Positions 19,188-28,010 of a stretch of 64,000 nt of DNA are shown here, one piece after another. The notes beneath the pieces are model-generated. The model made no database searches. It saw only the letters and a list, made by a program, of their open reading frames with translations, and had not been told where the DNA came from. The translations under genes and the position numbers were made by a program. Numbering within the stretch: position 1 is the first letter of the stretch; each line of letters starts with the position of its first letter. The DNA lies in the NCBI GenBank assembly GCA_040386535.1, contig JAZKFH010000003.1, forward strand, positions 225,088 through 289,087, in the 5' to 3' direction. The stretch comes from Myxococcota bacterium (GTDB taxonomy: Bacteria; Myxococcota_A; UBA796; SXON01).

Positions 19188-20183
19188 TCATCCCGCCAAC
19201 GTTCGCACGATCTCGTCCACGTTGTCGCGATCGCCGATGAACAGCGACGTGCGCTCGTGGATGCTGCCGGGCACCTTGTCGAGGATCGCCATGGTGCCGT
19301 CGCTGGCGGCGCCGCCGGCGTTCTCGACGAGGTACGCGAGGGGGAACGCCTCGTACAGCAGGCGCAGCTTGCCCTTGGGGGCCTTCTCGGTGGGCGGGTA
19401 GAGGAACACGCCGCCCTTGACGAGGTTGCGGTGGAAGTCGCCCACGAGCGAGCCGATGTAGCGGGCCGACCAGCCCAGCTTCGGCTCCTTCACGTCGGCG
19501 AGCCACGCGCGCAGGCGCGGGTCCCACTGGGCAGAGTAGGCCTCGTTGCAGGAGTAGGTGCGGGTCTTCTCGCCGAGCCGGATGTCGCTGTGCGAGAGGA
19601 AGAACTCGCCGACGGTGGGATCGAGGGTGAAGCCCTGGACGCCCTCGCCCGTGGAGAGCACCAGGACCGTGCCCGCGCCGTACACGATGTAGCCGGCGGC
19701 CACGATGTCGCGGCCGGACCGCAGCACGTCCCCCGTGTCGCCCGGGCCGTCGCCCTCGGAGCGGCGGCGGAACACGCAGAAGATGGTCCCGATCGACGCG
19801 TTGGTGTCGATGTTGGAGGAGCCGTCCAACGGGTCCATGCAGAAGATGTAGTTGCCGTGGCGGAAGCGCTCGGGGACGAAGATGGGCTCCTCTTCCTCTT
19901 CCGACACGATCATGCAGACCACGCCGGCGTGCTCGAGCGCGCGCTTGAAGGTCTCGTTTGCGTACAGATCCATCTTCTGGACGTACTCGCCCTGGATGTT
20001 CATCGAGCCGGTGGCGCCGAACATGTCGGCGAGCCCGGCGCGGCTGACGCGCGCGCTCACGAGCTTGCCGGCGAGCGCCACCTGCTTGAGCAGCGTGACG
20101 AACTGGCCGCTCGCCTCGGGGTGCTCCCGCGTGGTCTCCATGAGGAAGCGATCGAGGGTGGTGCCTTCTTCGAACTGGGCCAT
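19188..20183 (-). CDS. fbp: Fructose-1,6-bisphosphatase class 1
   Basis: SEE, DPLDGSSN, RYIGSLVGDFHR, GKLRLLYE. Confidence 0.97.
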   Translation of the reverse strand: MAQFEEGTTLDRFLMETTREHPEASGQFVTLLKQVALAGKLVSARVSRAGLADMFGATGSMNIQGEYVQKMDLYANETFKRALEHAGVVCMIVSEEEEEPIFVPERFRHGNYIFCMDPLDGSSNIDTNASIGTIFCVFRRRSEGDGPGDTGDVLRSGRDIVAAGYIVYGAGTVLVLSTGEGVQGFTLDPTVGEFFLSHSDIRLGEKTRTYSCNEAYSAQWDPRLRAWLADVKEPKLGWSARYIGSLVGDFHRNLVKGGVFLYPPTEKAPKGKLRLLYEAFPLAYLVENAGGAASDGTMAILDKVPGSIHERTSLFIGDRDNVDEIVRTLAG

Positions 20184-20337
20184 GGCGAGAGCTCCGGCGC
20201 CGAAGTCTAAGCCCGCGCGACGGCTCGCGCCGGGACCGAAGGCTCAAGAAGGGCACGCGGCTGCTCACGGCCGTGGTCGGTGTCGCCTCCCGGCAGGGAG
20301 GCGGCGCCGGGACCCGCGGCCAGCGCTGCTCGAGACC

Positions 20338-21747
20338 CTACCCTCCGTTGGGGAGGGCGCGGCTCAACACCATCGGCAGCCCGCCCTTCGGCCGCACGGT
20401 GAACAGCGCCTCGGGGATCACCGTGTGTCCCGGCGCTACCGACGCGGACCACCGGCGCGCGAGCGTCGCGAGGAGCAGGGTGCCCTCCATCCAGGCGAAC
20501 GCCTCGCCGATGCAGACGCGGGCGCCGCCGCCGAAGGGGAAGAACGCGAACTTGGGGCGGGTGGCCTTGGCCTCGGCTGTCCACCGCTCGGGGCGGAAGG
20601 CCTCGGGATCGTCCCAGAAACGCGCGTCGTGATGGCAGGACCACGCGGCACACATGACGATGGCGCCCTTGGGGACGGTGTACCCGGCGAGGACCACGGG
20701 TTTGACGGCCTGTCGGGGGAGCGCGGTCGCGGACGGGTAGAGGCGGAGGGCCTCGCCGAACACGTTGCGGGCGTACTCGAGCTTGGGGAAGTCGTGGACG
20801 GTCGGGTCACGGTCGCCCAATACGGCGTCGAGCTCGGCGCGCAACTTCGTCGCGACCTCGGGGTGCTCGGCGAGGAGCGCCCAGGCCCAGGCGAGCGTGG
20901 CGCCGGTGGTCTCGTGGCCGGCGACGAGGAGCGTGATCGCCTCGTCGTGGACGTACTCGTCGTCCATGCCGCCGCCCCCGGAGCCGGCGGTACCGTCCCC
21001 CTCGTCGCGCGCGAACACGAGCATCGAGAGGATGTCCCCCGTGTCGCCGCCCTCGCGCCGGGACTTGATCATGCGGTCGACCACGAGGCCGAGCTTCTTC
21101 TTGGCCGCCTTGAAGCTGCGCGTGGCCTCGGTCGGGAGCGCCTGGAGGAGCGGCCCCATCGGGTGCGTGCTCTGGTGGTACCAGTGGGTGAAGGCGCCCA
21201 TCGCCTCCGCGACGTCGTTGGCCTCGGTGTCGGTGATGCCCGCGCCGAACAACGTGCGCGCCGCGACGGTGAGGGTGAGGCGGTTCATCTCCTTGTCCAT
21301 GTCGACCCGCGCGCCGTCGGCCCAGGTGGCGGAGACGCGCTTCGCCTCCTCCAGCATCACCTCGCCGTAGCCGGCCACGCGCTGCCGATGGAACGCGGGC
21401 GCCATCATGCGGCGCTGGCGGCGATGCGACGCGCCCTCGTTGAGCAGCAGGCCCTTGCCGACGAGGGGCCGGAAGCCGTCGAGCGCCATGCCCTTGATGA
21501 AGGCGCCCTCGGGGTCGACGAAGACGGTGCGGATGTCGTCCGGGTGGGACACCAGGTAGACCGGGAGGTGGAAGAAGCGGAACCGCGCGATGTCGCCGAA
21601 CTCGCGGACCACACGCATCTGGAACGCGACGGGATCCTCGTGGAACTCCCACAAGTTGCCGTAGATGGGGTGCCCCTTGGGACCGGGCGGGCGCGCGCTC
21701 GGCGGGTGGACCGGCGCGGCGGGCGGGACGAGGGCGGTCTCGGACAT
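20338..21747 (-). CDS. Cytochrome P450
   Basis: AGHETT, EALR, PERW, FGGGARVCIG heme motif; GGAGG RBS. Confidence 0.95.
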   Translation of the reverse strand: MSETALVPPAAPVHPPSARPPGPKGHPIYGNLWEFHEDPVAFQMRVVREFGDIARFRFFHLPVYLVSHPDDIRTVFVDPEGAFIKGMALDGFRPLVGKGLLLNEGASHRRQRRMMAPAFHRQRVAGYGEVMLEEAKRVSATWADGARVDMDKEMNRLTLTVAARTLFGAGITDTEANDVAEAMGAFTHWYHQSTHPMGPLLQALPTEATRSFKAAKKKLGLVVDRMIKSRREGGDTGDILSMLVFARDEGDGTAGSGGGGMDDEYVHDEAITLLVAGHETTGATLAWAWALLAEHPEVATKLRAELDAVLGDRDPTVHDFPKLEYARNVFGEALRLYPSATALPRQAVKPVVLAGYTVPKGAIVMCAAWSCHHDARFWDDPEAFRPERWTAEAKATRPKFAFFPFGGGARVCIGEAFAWMEGTLLLATLARRWSASVAPGHTVIPEALFTVRPKGGLPMVLSRALPNGG

Positions 21748-21768
21748 GGAACCTCCGGGCGGGCGCGA

Positions 21769-21826
21769 ACGAGAGTAACTGCTCGCGTTTCTACCTCCGC
21801 CGCGAGACGCGAGCAAGTGCTCGTGT
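21769..21826. promoter_or_regulatory. Two palindromic operator-like sites, ACGCGAGCA-N2-TGCTCGCGT (21769-21788 and 21807-21826)
   Basis: Two imperfect copies of the same 20-bp palindrome between the divergent P450 and TetR genes. Confidence 0.7.
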
Positions 21827-21838
21827 AATGATCGTGGC

Positions 21839-22498
21839 ATGTCGGAGATCCCCGCTTCCCCCACACCCGCCCCCCCGTCGCGGCGCAGCCCCGTGCAGGC
21901 CCGCAGCCGCGCCCGCGTGGACGCCATCCTCGACGCCGCCGACGCCGTGTTCCTGGAGAAGGGGTACGCGGCGACGACGACGAACCACGTGGCGGCGCGC
22001 GCGGGGACGTCCATCGGATCATTGTACCGCTTCTTCCCTGACAAGGAGGCGATCCTCGTCGCGCTCGCGGAGCGTTACGGCGCGCGGATGCGGGCCATCG
22101 CGGTCACGGTCACCGCGCCGGATACGCGCGGGCAGACCCTCGCCAGCCGCGTCGCGACCGGGATCGACTCGTTCAACGCGTTCCTGGTCGCCTCGCCCGG
22201 CTTCCGCACGCTCATCGACGAGGCGCGCAACCCGGCCCTGCGCGCGGGGCGCCGCTCCCACGAGGCCGCCATGGCCGCGCTCATGGGGGCGAGCCAGTCG
22301 CGGATGACGCCAGAGATGCCGCCCGGGGAGCTCGAGGCGGTCGTGGAGGTGACACAGGTGGTGCTCGGCGCGCTCCAGGCGCTCTCGGTGAGCCGGGACG
22401 AGGCGTTCCGGGCCGTGGTGGTGGCCGAGGCGAAACGGATGGTGACGGGGTACCTGGCGCGGCGGATGGGGATCGCGGAGGACGCGCCGCTCGGCTGA
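21839..22498 (+). CDS. TetR/AcrR family transcriptional regulator
   Basis: ILDAADAVF...GYAATTTNHVAARAGTSIGSLYRFFPDK helix-turn-helix. Confidence 0.93.
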   Translation: MSEIPASPTPAPPSRRSPVQARSRARVDAILDAADAVFLEKGYAATTTNHVAARAGTSIGSLYRFFPDKEAILVALAERYGARMRAIAVTVTAPDTRGQTLASRVATGIDSFNAFLVASPGFRTLIDEARNPALRAGRRSHEAAMAALMGASQSRMTPEMPPGELEAVVEVTQVVLGALQALSVSRDEAFRAVVVAEAKRMVTGYLARRMGIAEDAPLG

Positions 22499-22551
22499 CG
22501 CCCTCCGCTGGTTGAACGCCTATTTCGTATCGGTCACATCATGCCCGTCGT

Positions 22552-23679
22552 TCAGGCCCCGCGCCACACCAGCCGCGGGCGCAGCTTCCGTACCACCCGC
22601 ACGAGCGGGCGTTGGGCGCGCATCACGGCCTCGATGTCCTTGTAGGCGCCCGGGGCCTCCTCGCGCAGATCCCCCGCGGGAACGTAGACGCCACGCACCT
22701 GCGCACGGAGCGCCGTCGCCGTGACCCGCGCGCGCGCCTCGCTCCGGCTCATTTCTCGCCCGGCGCCGTGGCTGGACGAACACAACGCCTCGACACACCC
22801 GCGCCCCTCGACCTGGAACGTGGGCGACCCCATCGAGCCGGGGACGACCCCCAATTCCCCCGCGTGCGCCGGGCACGCGCCCTTGCGATGCACCCAGAGC
22901 GCCTCCGCCCCGATGATCTCGTGGCGGACGTGGTTGTGGGCGGTGTCCACCTGGCTCTCCAGGGCGGGGACGAGCCCCAACACCGCCTCCACGACGGCGC
23001 ACGCGGCAGCGAGCATGGCCGCACGGCTCGCCTCGGCCCACGCCACGAGGACGCCCACGTCCGCGAGGTAGGCGCGCCCCGCGGGGCTGTCGAGCGCGAG
23101 CGCGGCGAGGCCGGAGACGTCACGCGCGCCGAGGGCCGCGAAGTGATCGCGCACGGCCGGCCCCAACGCGCGGGACCCGCTGTGCACGAGCAGCCACGCG
23201 GCCCCGGCGTCGTCCTCCTGGAGCTCCAGGAAGTGGTTGCCACGGCCGAGCGTGCCGAGCTCCCACGCGCCGTCCCGGCGGAGGCGGTTGGTCAGGAAAT
23301 CGGACGCGCCGGGCAGGTCGGGTGGCGCCGGGCGTAGACCCGACCACCGCTGGATGGGCACGCCGCGCTCCAGGCCGCGCAGGATGCGGGCGGCGGCGCG
23401 ATCGTCGAGGCGGTCGAGCGCGCCGGCCCCGCGCGGATCGTCGAGCCGCACGGTGGAGACGCCACAGCCGATGTCGCCACCCACGGCCTCCGGGAACAAG
23501 GTGTCCCGCGTGGCGACGACCGTGCCGACACACACCCCCTCGGCGAGGTGCACGTCGGGCATCACCGCGATGCGCGCGACTGCGGGGCTCGCGCGGAGCC
23601 GCGCCATCACGAGGTCGACGCCGGGCGGGAGCGGCCCGGCGAGCCACGAGTGGAGGGGCGCGTCGTGAGTGGGGCTCAT
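22552..23679 (-). CDS. rtcB: RtcB family RNA ligase
   Basis: MPDVH, GGDIGCG, GTLGRGNHFLE, HSGSR, HNH, HRKGA, PGSMG, SHGAGR, EEAPGAYKDI. Confidence 0.93.
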   Translation of the reverse strand: MSPTHDAPLHSWLAGPLPPGVDLVMARLRASPAVARIAVMPDVHLAEGVCVGTVVATRDTLFPEAVGGDIGCGVSTVRLDDPRGAGALDRLDDRAAARILRGLERGVPIQRWSGLRPAPPDLPGASDFLTNRLRRDGAWELGTLGRGNHFLELQEDDAGAAWLLVHSGSRALGPAVRDHFAALGARDVSGLAALALDSPAGRAYLADVGVLVAWAEASRAAMLAAACAVVEAVLGLVPALESQVDTAHNHVRHEIIGAEALWVHRKGACPAHAGELGVVPGSMGSPTFQVEGRGCVEALCSSSHGAGREMSRSEARARVTATALRAQVRGVYVPAGDLREEAPGAYKDIEAVMRAQRPLVRVVRKLRPRLVWRGA

Positions 23680-24080
23680 CGCGCCTCCTCCTCGTCGGGC
23701 TGCCCGATCTCGAAGAGGAGCTCGGGCGTGCGTTTGCCCCCCACGAACGTGGCGACCTCGCTCCGGAGCCATCCGCGCGCGCGGCTGACGTGGGCGAGGA
23801 GCACCTCCGGCGGCACGTCCACGCCGGGGAGCGGCGCGAGCCGGACGCGGAGGTTTCCGGTGGGATCGGCGGTGACCTGGACGACGAAGAGGAGCCGCAG
23901 GAGCGGATCCTCGGCGGCCGGGAGGGTGACGGAGAGGAGGCGGGCTACCTGGCCGCAGTGCCGGCGGAACCGGCGGGGATCGGGGGGACGATGGTCCCGG
24001 GGCGGCACGACGCCGTCCTCGGGATCGATCTCGCTACACAGCTGCTTCATCTGTTCGAGCAGCTCGCGGGAGAGGGGCAT
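23676..24080 (-). CDS. RbfA-like (KH-fold) protein, divergent paralogue
   Basis: DPLL..L.VV.V, L.RARGWLRSEVA....KRTPELLF resembles the RbfA C-terminus (GFLR..L...R.TPEL.F). Its TGA overlaps the rtcB ATG. Confidence 0.7.
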   Translation of the reverse strand: MPLSRELLEQMKQLCSEIDPEDGVVPPRDHRPPDPRRFRRHCGQVARLLSVTLPAAEDPLLRLLFVVQVTADPTGNLRVRLAPLPGVDVPPEVLLAHVSRARGWLRSEVATFVGGKRTPELLFEIGQPDEEEAR

Positions 24081-24389
24081 TTGAACTCGGGTACTGGATT
24101 GGGTGACAGGCGTCGCAAGCCCCACATGATTGTGGACGGCGCGGGCAGACGAGGGTTGGGAGACCCGTGGCACGTTTCGTTGGAAACGCAGGCACAGGCC
24201 GGTACCGGCCGCTCCGAAACCCCTGCGGGGATCCGGCACGGCGGCCCGCGCACGCGTCGACACCGCCGCTCTCCCTGGCGAGGGACAGCGGCGTGGACAC
24301 AGCTACAGCGGGCCGCGTGGACGCGGCACTTCCGCTAGGTTGCGGAGCTCGGGGAGATGTGGAAGCGCCTGGCCGGAGCGGTCAGCGGG
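24081..24389 (-). ncRNA. Candidate structured cis-regulatory leader RNA upstream of the RbfA-like/rtcB operon
   Basis: At least 7 short hairpins plus long-range complementary segments (24209-24216 with 24374-24381; 24241-24249 with 24308-24316); no known family recognised. Confidence 0.4.
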
Positions 24390-24416
24390 TCAGGCGCGGG
24401 CGTGAATGGGGCGCAT
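24390..24416 (-). CDS. Putative leader peptide MRPIHARA
   Basis: GGGAGG Shine-Dalgarno 5 nt before ATG; 8 codons then TGA; immediately precedes the structured leader. Confidence 0.4.
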   Translation of the reverse strand: MRPIHARA

Positions 24417-24564
24417 GGGAACCTCCCTGCGAACGCGGCTCCCTGGAACGGATCCAGCGAGGCGGGCTGCTCGATGCGGCTAAGCGCCCGCGCGCGGCCC
24501 GGCAAGGCGGGACGCACTCTCCTGCCCAGGCTACAGGGCCCCCTCTGCCTATTAGGAGCCCCCC

Positions 24565-25326
24565 GTGCCCCCTTCCGCGCCCGTCGACACCCAGGTCCGC
24601 GACCACTTCACCGCCCGGGCCGCGCGCTACAACGTGTCGAGCCACTGGGTGACCGACCCGGCGCTCGGCGCGCTGACCGTAGAGCTGCTCGCCCCGCGGC
24701 CGACCGACGTGCTGCTCGACGTCGCCTGTGGCACCGGGCTCGTGTCCAAGGAATTCGTCGGCAAGGTGGCCCGCATCGTGGGCGTCGACATCACCGAGGC
24801 CATGTTCGACCAGGCGCGCCCCTACGTGGACGAGCTGGTCGTGGGCGCGGGCGAGTCCCTTCCCTTCCCCGACGCGAGCTTCGACCGCGTGGTGTGCCGC
24901 CAGGGCATCCAGTTCATGCGCGACGGCGAGGCCGTGCGCGAGATGCTCCGCGTGCTCAAGCCCGGCGGCCGCGTGTGCCTGGTGCACCTGTGCGCGTACG
25001 GCGAGGCCGACCGCCCCGAGTACTTCGAGAGCCTGCGGCTGCGCAACGAGGCGCGTCGCAACTTCTACGTCCGCGAGGACCTCTCACGCCTCCTGACCGA
25101 CGCCGGCGCCGTGAACGTGGTGGTCCACGATTACGTGTCCGTCGAGGACGTCGACGTGTGGTCCAACACCGGCGCCATCACGGACGAGGCCCGCGAGGGC
25201 ATCCGCAACGTGTACCGCAACGCCTCACCCGCGTTCCAGGAGCTCCACGCCGTGCAGGTGGGCGACCGCATCGTGGACCACATGTTGTTCGGCGTGGCGG
25301 TCGGCGAGAAGCGCGCGGCTGGCTGA
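24565..25326 (+). CDS. Class I SAM-dependent methyltransferase
   Basis: LLDVACGTG, GVDIT, LPFPDASFD, RVLKPGG; AGGAG RBS before GTG. Confidence 0.92.
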   Translation: MPPSAPVDTQVRDHFTARAARYNVSSHWVTDPALGALTVELLAPRPTDVLLDVACGTGLVSKEFVGKVARIVGVDITEAMFDQARPYVDELVVGAGESLPFPDASFDRVVCRQGIQFMRDGEAVREMLRVLKPGGRVCLVHLCAYGEADRPEYFESLRLRNEARRNFYVREDLSRLLTDAGAVNVVVHDYVSVEDVDVWSNTGAITDEAREGIRNVYRNASPAFQELHAVQVGDRIVDHMLFGVAVGEKRAAG

Positions 25327-25359
25327 AGTGGGCGCGGAGATGCGGTAGAGTTGCGAGTG

Positions 25360-25923
25360 ATGCTGCTCCTCGCGCTCCCATGTGTCCTCGCAAGCGCCCG
25401 CGCCGCCGACCCTGCTGCCGACGACGACGACGACGGCCCCTCGCTCGTGATCGGGGTGGCGGTCCACGCGTTCCAGTACCCGCTCCTGTACGAAGGCATC
25501 CCCATCCGCACCGGCATCGGCCTCGACTACGGGCTTCGTCTGCCCGCAGGCCTCGAGGTCGGCGCGTCCGTGCGGCTGGTCGTGCCCGCCGAGGCCGAGC
25601 CGAGCTGGGCGCTTGAAGGCGCCATGCGCGTCGAGCTCGTCGGGACGATCGGGCGCTGGCGGCCCGCGTCCGGAATCGAGCTCGGCGCCTCCACGCGGTC
25701 GCGCTCCGAGGTGCTGGAGGCCGAGCGCCCGCCCGGGTCCTACTTTGCCGATCTCGGCACGCCCGAGCCGGTGTGGCTCGACGTCACCGCGACCCCCGCG
25801 CGCTTCCGGTTCGGGGCCTGGGAGGTCGGCGTGGCGCGCCTCGGTGTCGGGGTGTCCCTGCTCACGCCCGGCATGTCCGGGCGCTGGCGCGCCGATCTCG
25901 TGACCCTCGCCCGGGTGCTCTGA
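25360..25923 (+). CDS. Secreted, probably beta-barrel-type protein of unknown function
   Basis: Short hydrophobic signal ending ARA-A; alternating hydrophobic beta-strands; similar to 26870..27358. Confidence 0.65.
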   Translation: MLLLALPCVLASARAADPAADDDDDGPSLVIGVAVHAFQYPLLYEGIPIRTGIGLDYGLRLPAGLEVGASVRLVVPAEAEPSWALEGAMRVELVGTIGRWRPASGIELGASTRSRSEVLEAERPPGSYFADLGTPEPVWLDVTATPARFRFGAWEVGVARLGVGVSLLTPGMSGRWRADLVTLARVL

Positions 25924-26873
25924 TGCTGCTCCTCCTGGCCTGCACCGCCACGCCGACCTTCACCGAGGCCCAACGCTCCGCGGGCGTGGAGGCGGCCGGA
26001 AACGTCGAAGGGGACCGGCTCATGTTCCACGTCGCGAACCTCGTCACGACGCGCTCGGAAGAGGAGCCCTACTTTCCCCCCGAGGCGCGCTACGAAGGCA
26101 TGCCGTTCACGCACCTGAACTCGGCCGACTACGTCGCCGCAGCGCTCGAAGGCGCGAACCTCACGCCCTCGATCGAGACGGGCGGCCTCGAGGGGCGCGA
26201 GACCCACACCGTGCTGGCCGACATCCCCGGCGGCTCCAACGCCGACGAGATCGTGCTCGTGTCCGCGCACCACGACGCATGGTTCTTCGGCGCCGACGAC
26301 AACGCCACCGGGGTGGCGGTCATCCTCGAAGTAGCGCGGGTGCTGGCGTACTCGGAGCCCGACCGCACGATCCGCATCGTGTCGTTCGACCGGGAGGAGG
26401 AGGGCCTCGTCGGCGCCGCCGAATACGCGTCGGCGCACGACGGCTTCTACCGAATCGTCAACCTCGACAGCGTTGGCTACACGGACTCGGCGCCCGGCTC
26501 GCAGACCTCGATTCTCGGCCTCGACGCGCCGGACACCGGGGATTTTCTCGCGGTGATCGCCCCCGAGATGGCGCAGGACGACCTGCTCGCCAGCCTCGCG
26601 CTGGCCGCGGAGCTCCCCTCCCCGATGAAGACCGCCGGCGTGCTCTCCAACGGAAACGCGCACTCCGCGCTCACGACGGATCTATTGCGGAGCGACCACG
26701 CGCCGTTCTGGGCGATGGGCGTGCCCGGCCTGTTCTTCACCGACACCACCCAATTCCGGAACCCGAAGTACCACACCGAGGAGGACACGATCGACACGCT
26801 CGATCCGGTGTTCCTTGCCCAGGTCGGGGCGTTCACGGCGGCGGTCGTGGCGGCCTACGCGGAGGCCGAGTGA
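25923..26873 (+). CDS. M28 family metallopeptidase, lipoprotein
   Basis: SAHHD, GADDNATG, FDREEEGL, NLDSVG, RSDHAPF, YHT; N-terminus MLLLLAC; TGATG coupling with the upstream gene. Confidence 0.9.
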   Translation: MLLLLACTATPTFTEAQRSAGVEAAGNVEGDRLMFHVANLVTTRSEEEPYFPPEARYEGMPFTHLNSADYVAAALEGANLTPSIETGGLEGRETHTVLADIPGGSNADEIVLVSAHHDAWFFGADDNATGVAVILEVARVLAYSEPDRTIRIVSFDREEEGLVGAAEYASAHDGFYRIVNLDSVGYTDSAPGSQTSILGLDAPDTGDFLAVIAPEMAQDDLLASLALAAELPSPMKTAGVLSNGNAHSALTTDLLRSDHAPFWAMGVPGLFFTDTTQFRNPKYHTEEDTIDTLDPVFLAQVGAFTAAVVAAYAEAE

Positions 26874-27358
26874 TCGCGCTCGTGGCGGCGGCGATGGCGG
26901 CTCCGGTCGACGTGGCCGTGGGGTGGGGCGTGGGCGTGGATGCCCGGCTGGGCAAGGGCGCGGTGTTCGTGGGCGCGGGCGCGGGGCCGACGGTTCGTGT
27001 GGGGGTGGGCGAACACCTGGACCTGCATGCCGAGGGGCGTTGGCTCACGCTCGCGGGCAGCACGTGGCTGGTGCGCGGCGGCGCGGGGCTACACACCACG
27101 GTCGGCACGTGGCAACCGGGCGTCGGCTTGGATGTCACCGGATACCTGGGCGCCACGTTGCGCGCCGTGACCGCGGAGAACCCCGGGCTCGCGGGCGACA
27201 GCGCGTTGGCCGTGCAGGTGCGCCTCGAGCCGCTGCGGTTCGCGAAGGACCGGTGGTCGGCGAACGTGCTTCGGTTGGACGTCGGCGCGGGGTGGGACCG
27301 GGCGCGGCCGGCGCTGGCGGTGGGGGTGACGGTGGTGGAGGTGGGGATCGGGTTCTAG
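26870..27358 (+). CDS. Secreted, probably beta-barrel-type protein of unknown function
   Basis: GTG overlaps the upstream TGA; signal MIALVAAAMA-A; amphipathic strands; terminal F. Confidence 0.65.
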   Translation: MIALVAAAMAAPVDVAVGWGVGVDARLGKGAVFVGAGAGPTVRVGVGEHLDLHAEGRWLTLAGSTWLVRGGAGLHTTVGTWQPGVGLDVTGYLGATLRAVTAENPGLAGDSALAVQVRLEPLRFAKDRWSANVLRLDVGAGWDRARPALAVGVTVVEVGIGF

Positions 27359-27375
27359 GGCGGAGAGGCAGGATG

Positions 27376-27402
27376 AACCGCCAAGACGCAAAGACGCCAA
27401 GG
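27376..27402 (+). repeat. Short AAGACGC(A/C)AAG-type repeated element
   Basis: aaccgccaagacgcaaagacgccaagg, compositionally unlike the surrounding coding DNA. Confidence 0.45.
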
Positions 27403-28000
27403 CGGAGGAGAGACCGCGCGTACCGCGGAGGACTGGGTGGACGTTACCCCAGGCCTTCTCGGCGCGATCAACGCCAGCATGTACGCGCCCGACCAGCGCA
27501 CCGCGGTGTCCTTGTTGGTGGCCGACGGGCACATCAACAACCCTACCCTCTCCACAGACAACACCGTGCTCGCGTTTGGTGGGGGCCAGGCTGGACGTAT
27601 CATCGACCGAACGTGCGAGGATCTCCCCGCGTTGCGCGTCCGTTACCCAACCTTGATCCAGGGGATCCGGATGCTCGGCTGCGACGGCGCCAACGTCTGG
27701 GAGGAACAACCCCGCCGCTGGAGCGAGGCGGCGATCGGGCAAAGCGCGGATGGGGACATCCTGTTCCTGTTCGCACGCACCCCCTGGAGCGCCCACAGGT
27801 TCGTGGAGCACGCTCGCGGGTTGGATCTCGGCCTGGTCCGCCTCCAGCACGCCGACGGTGGGCCGCCCGCCCAGCTCGCCTGGCGCGATGGCGACAGGAT
27901 CGTGGGCCTCGTGGGGAGCTACGAGAGCGACGTCCGGGAGAACGATCTGAGCGTCGACGCGACGGACGTGCCGAACCTCGTGGGGGTTCGGGCGCGGTGA
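27401..28000 (+). pseudogene. Phosphodiester glycosidase (NAGPA/DUF2233)-like gene, apparently 5'-truncated
   Basis: AINASMY, WSEAAIG, DGGPPAQL. The homologous-looking frame (GGETARTAEDW) runs upstream of GTG 27437 into the repeat and an in-frame TGA at 27374; no signal peptide. Confidence 0.55.
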
Positions 28001-28010
28001 CTACTCCAAG

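Noticed and set aside
24081..24560. tRNA, tmRNA, SRP, RNase P, Y RNA or cobalamin riboswitch in the rtcB upstream region
   Set aside because: I could not find their hallmark motifs (T-loop GTTCGA with CCA end, SRP GGAA loop motif, GAGGAAAGTCC, B12 box); kept only as an unassigned structured leader.
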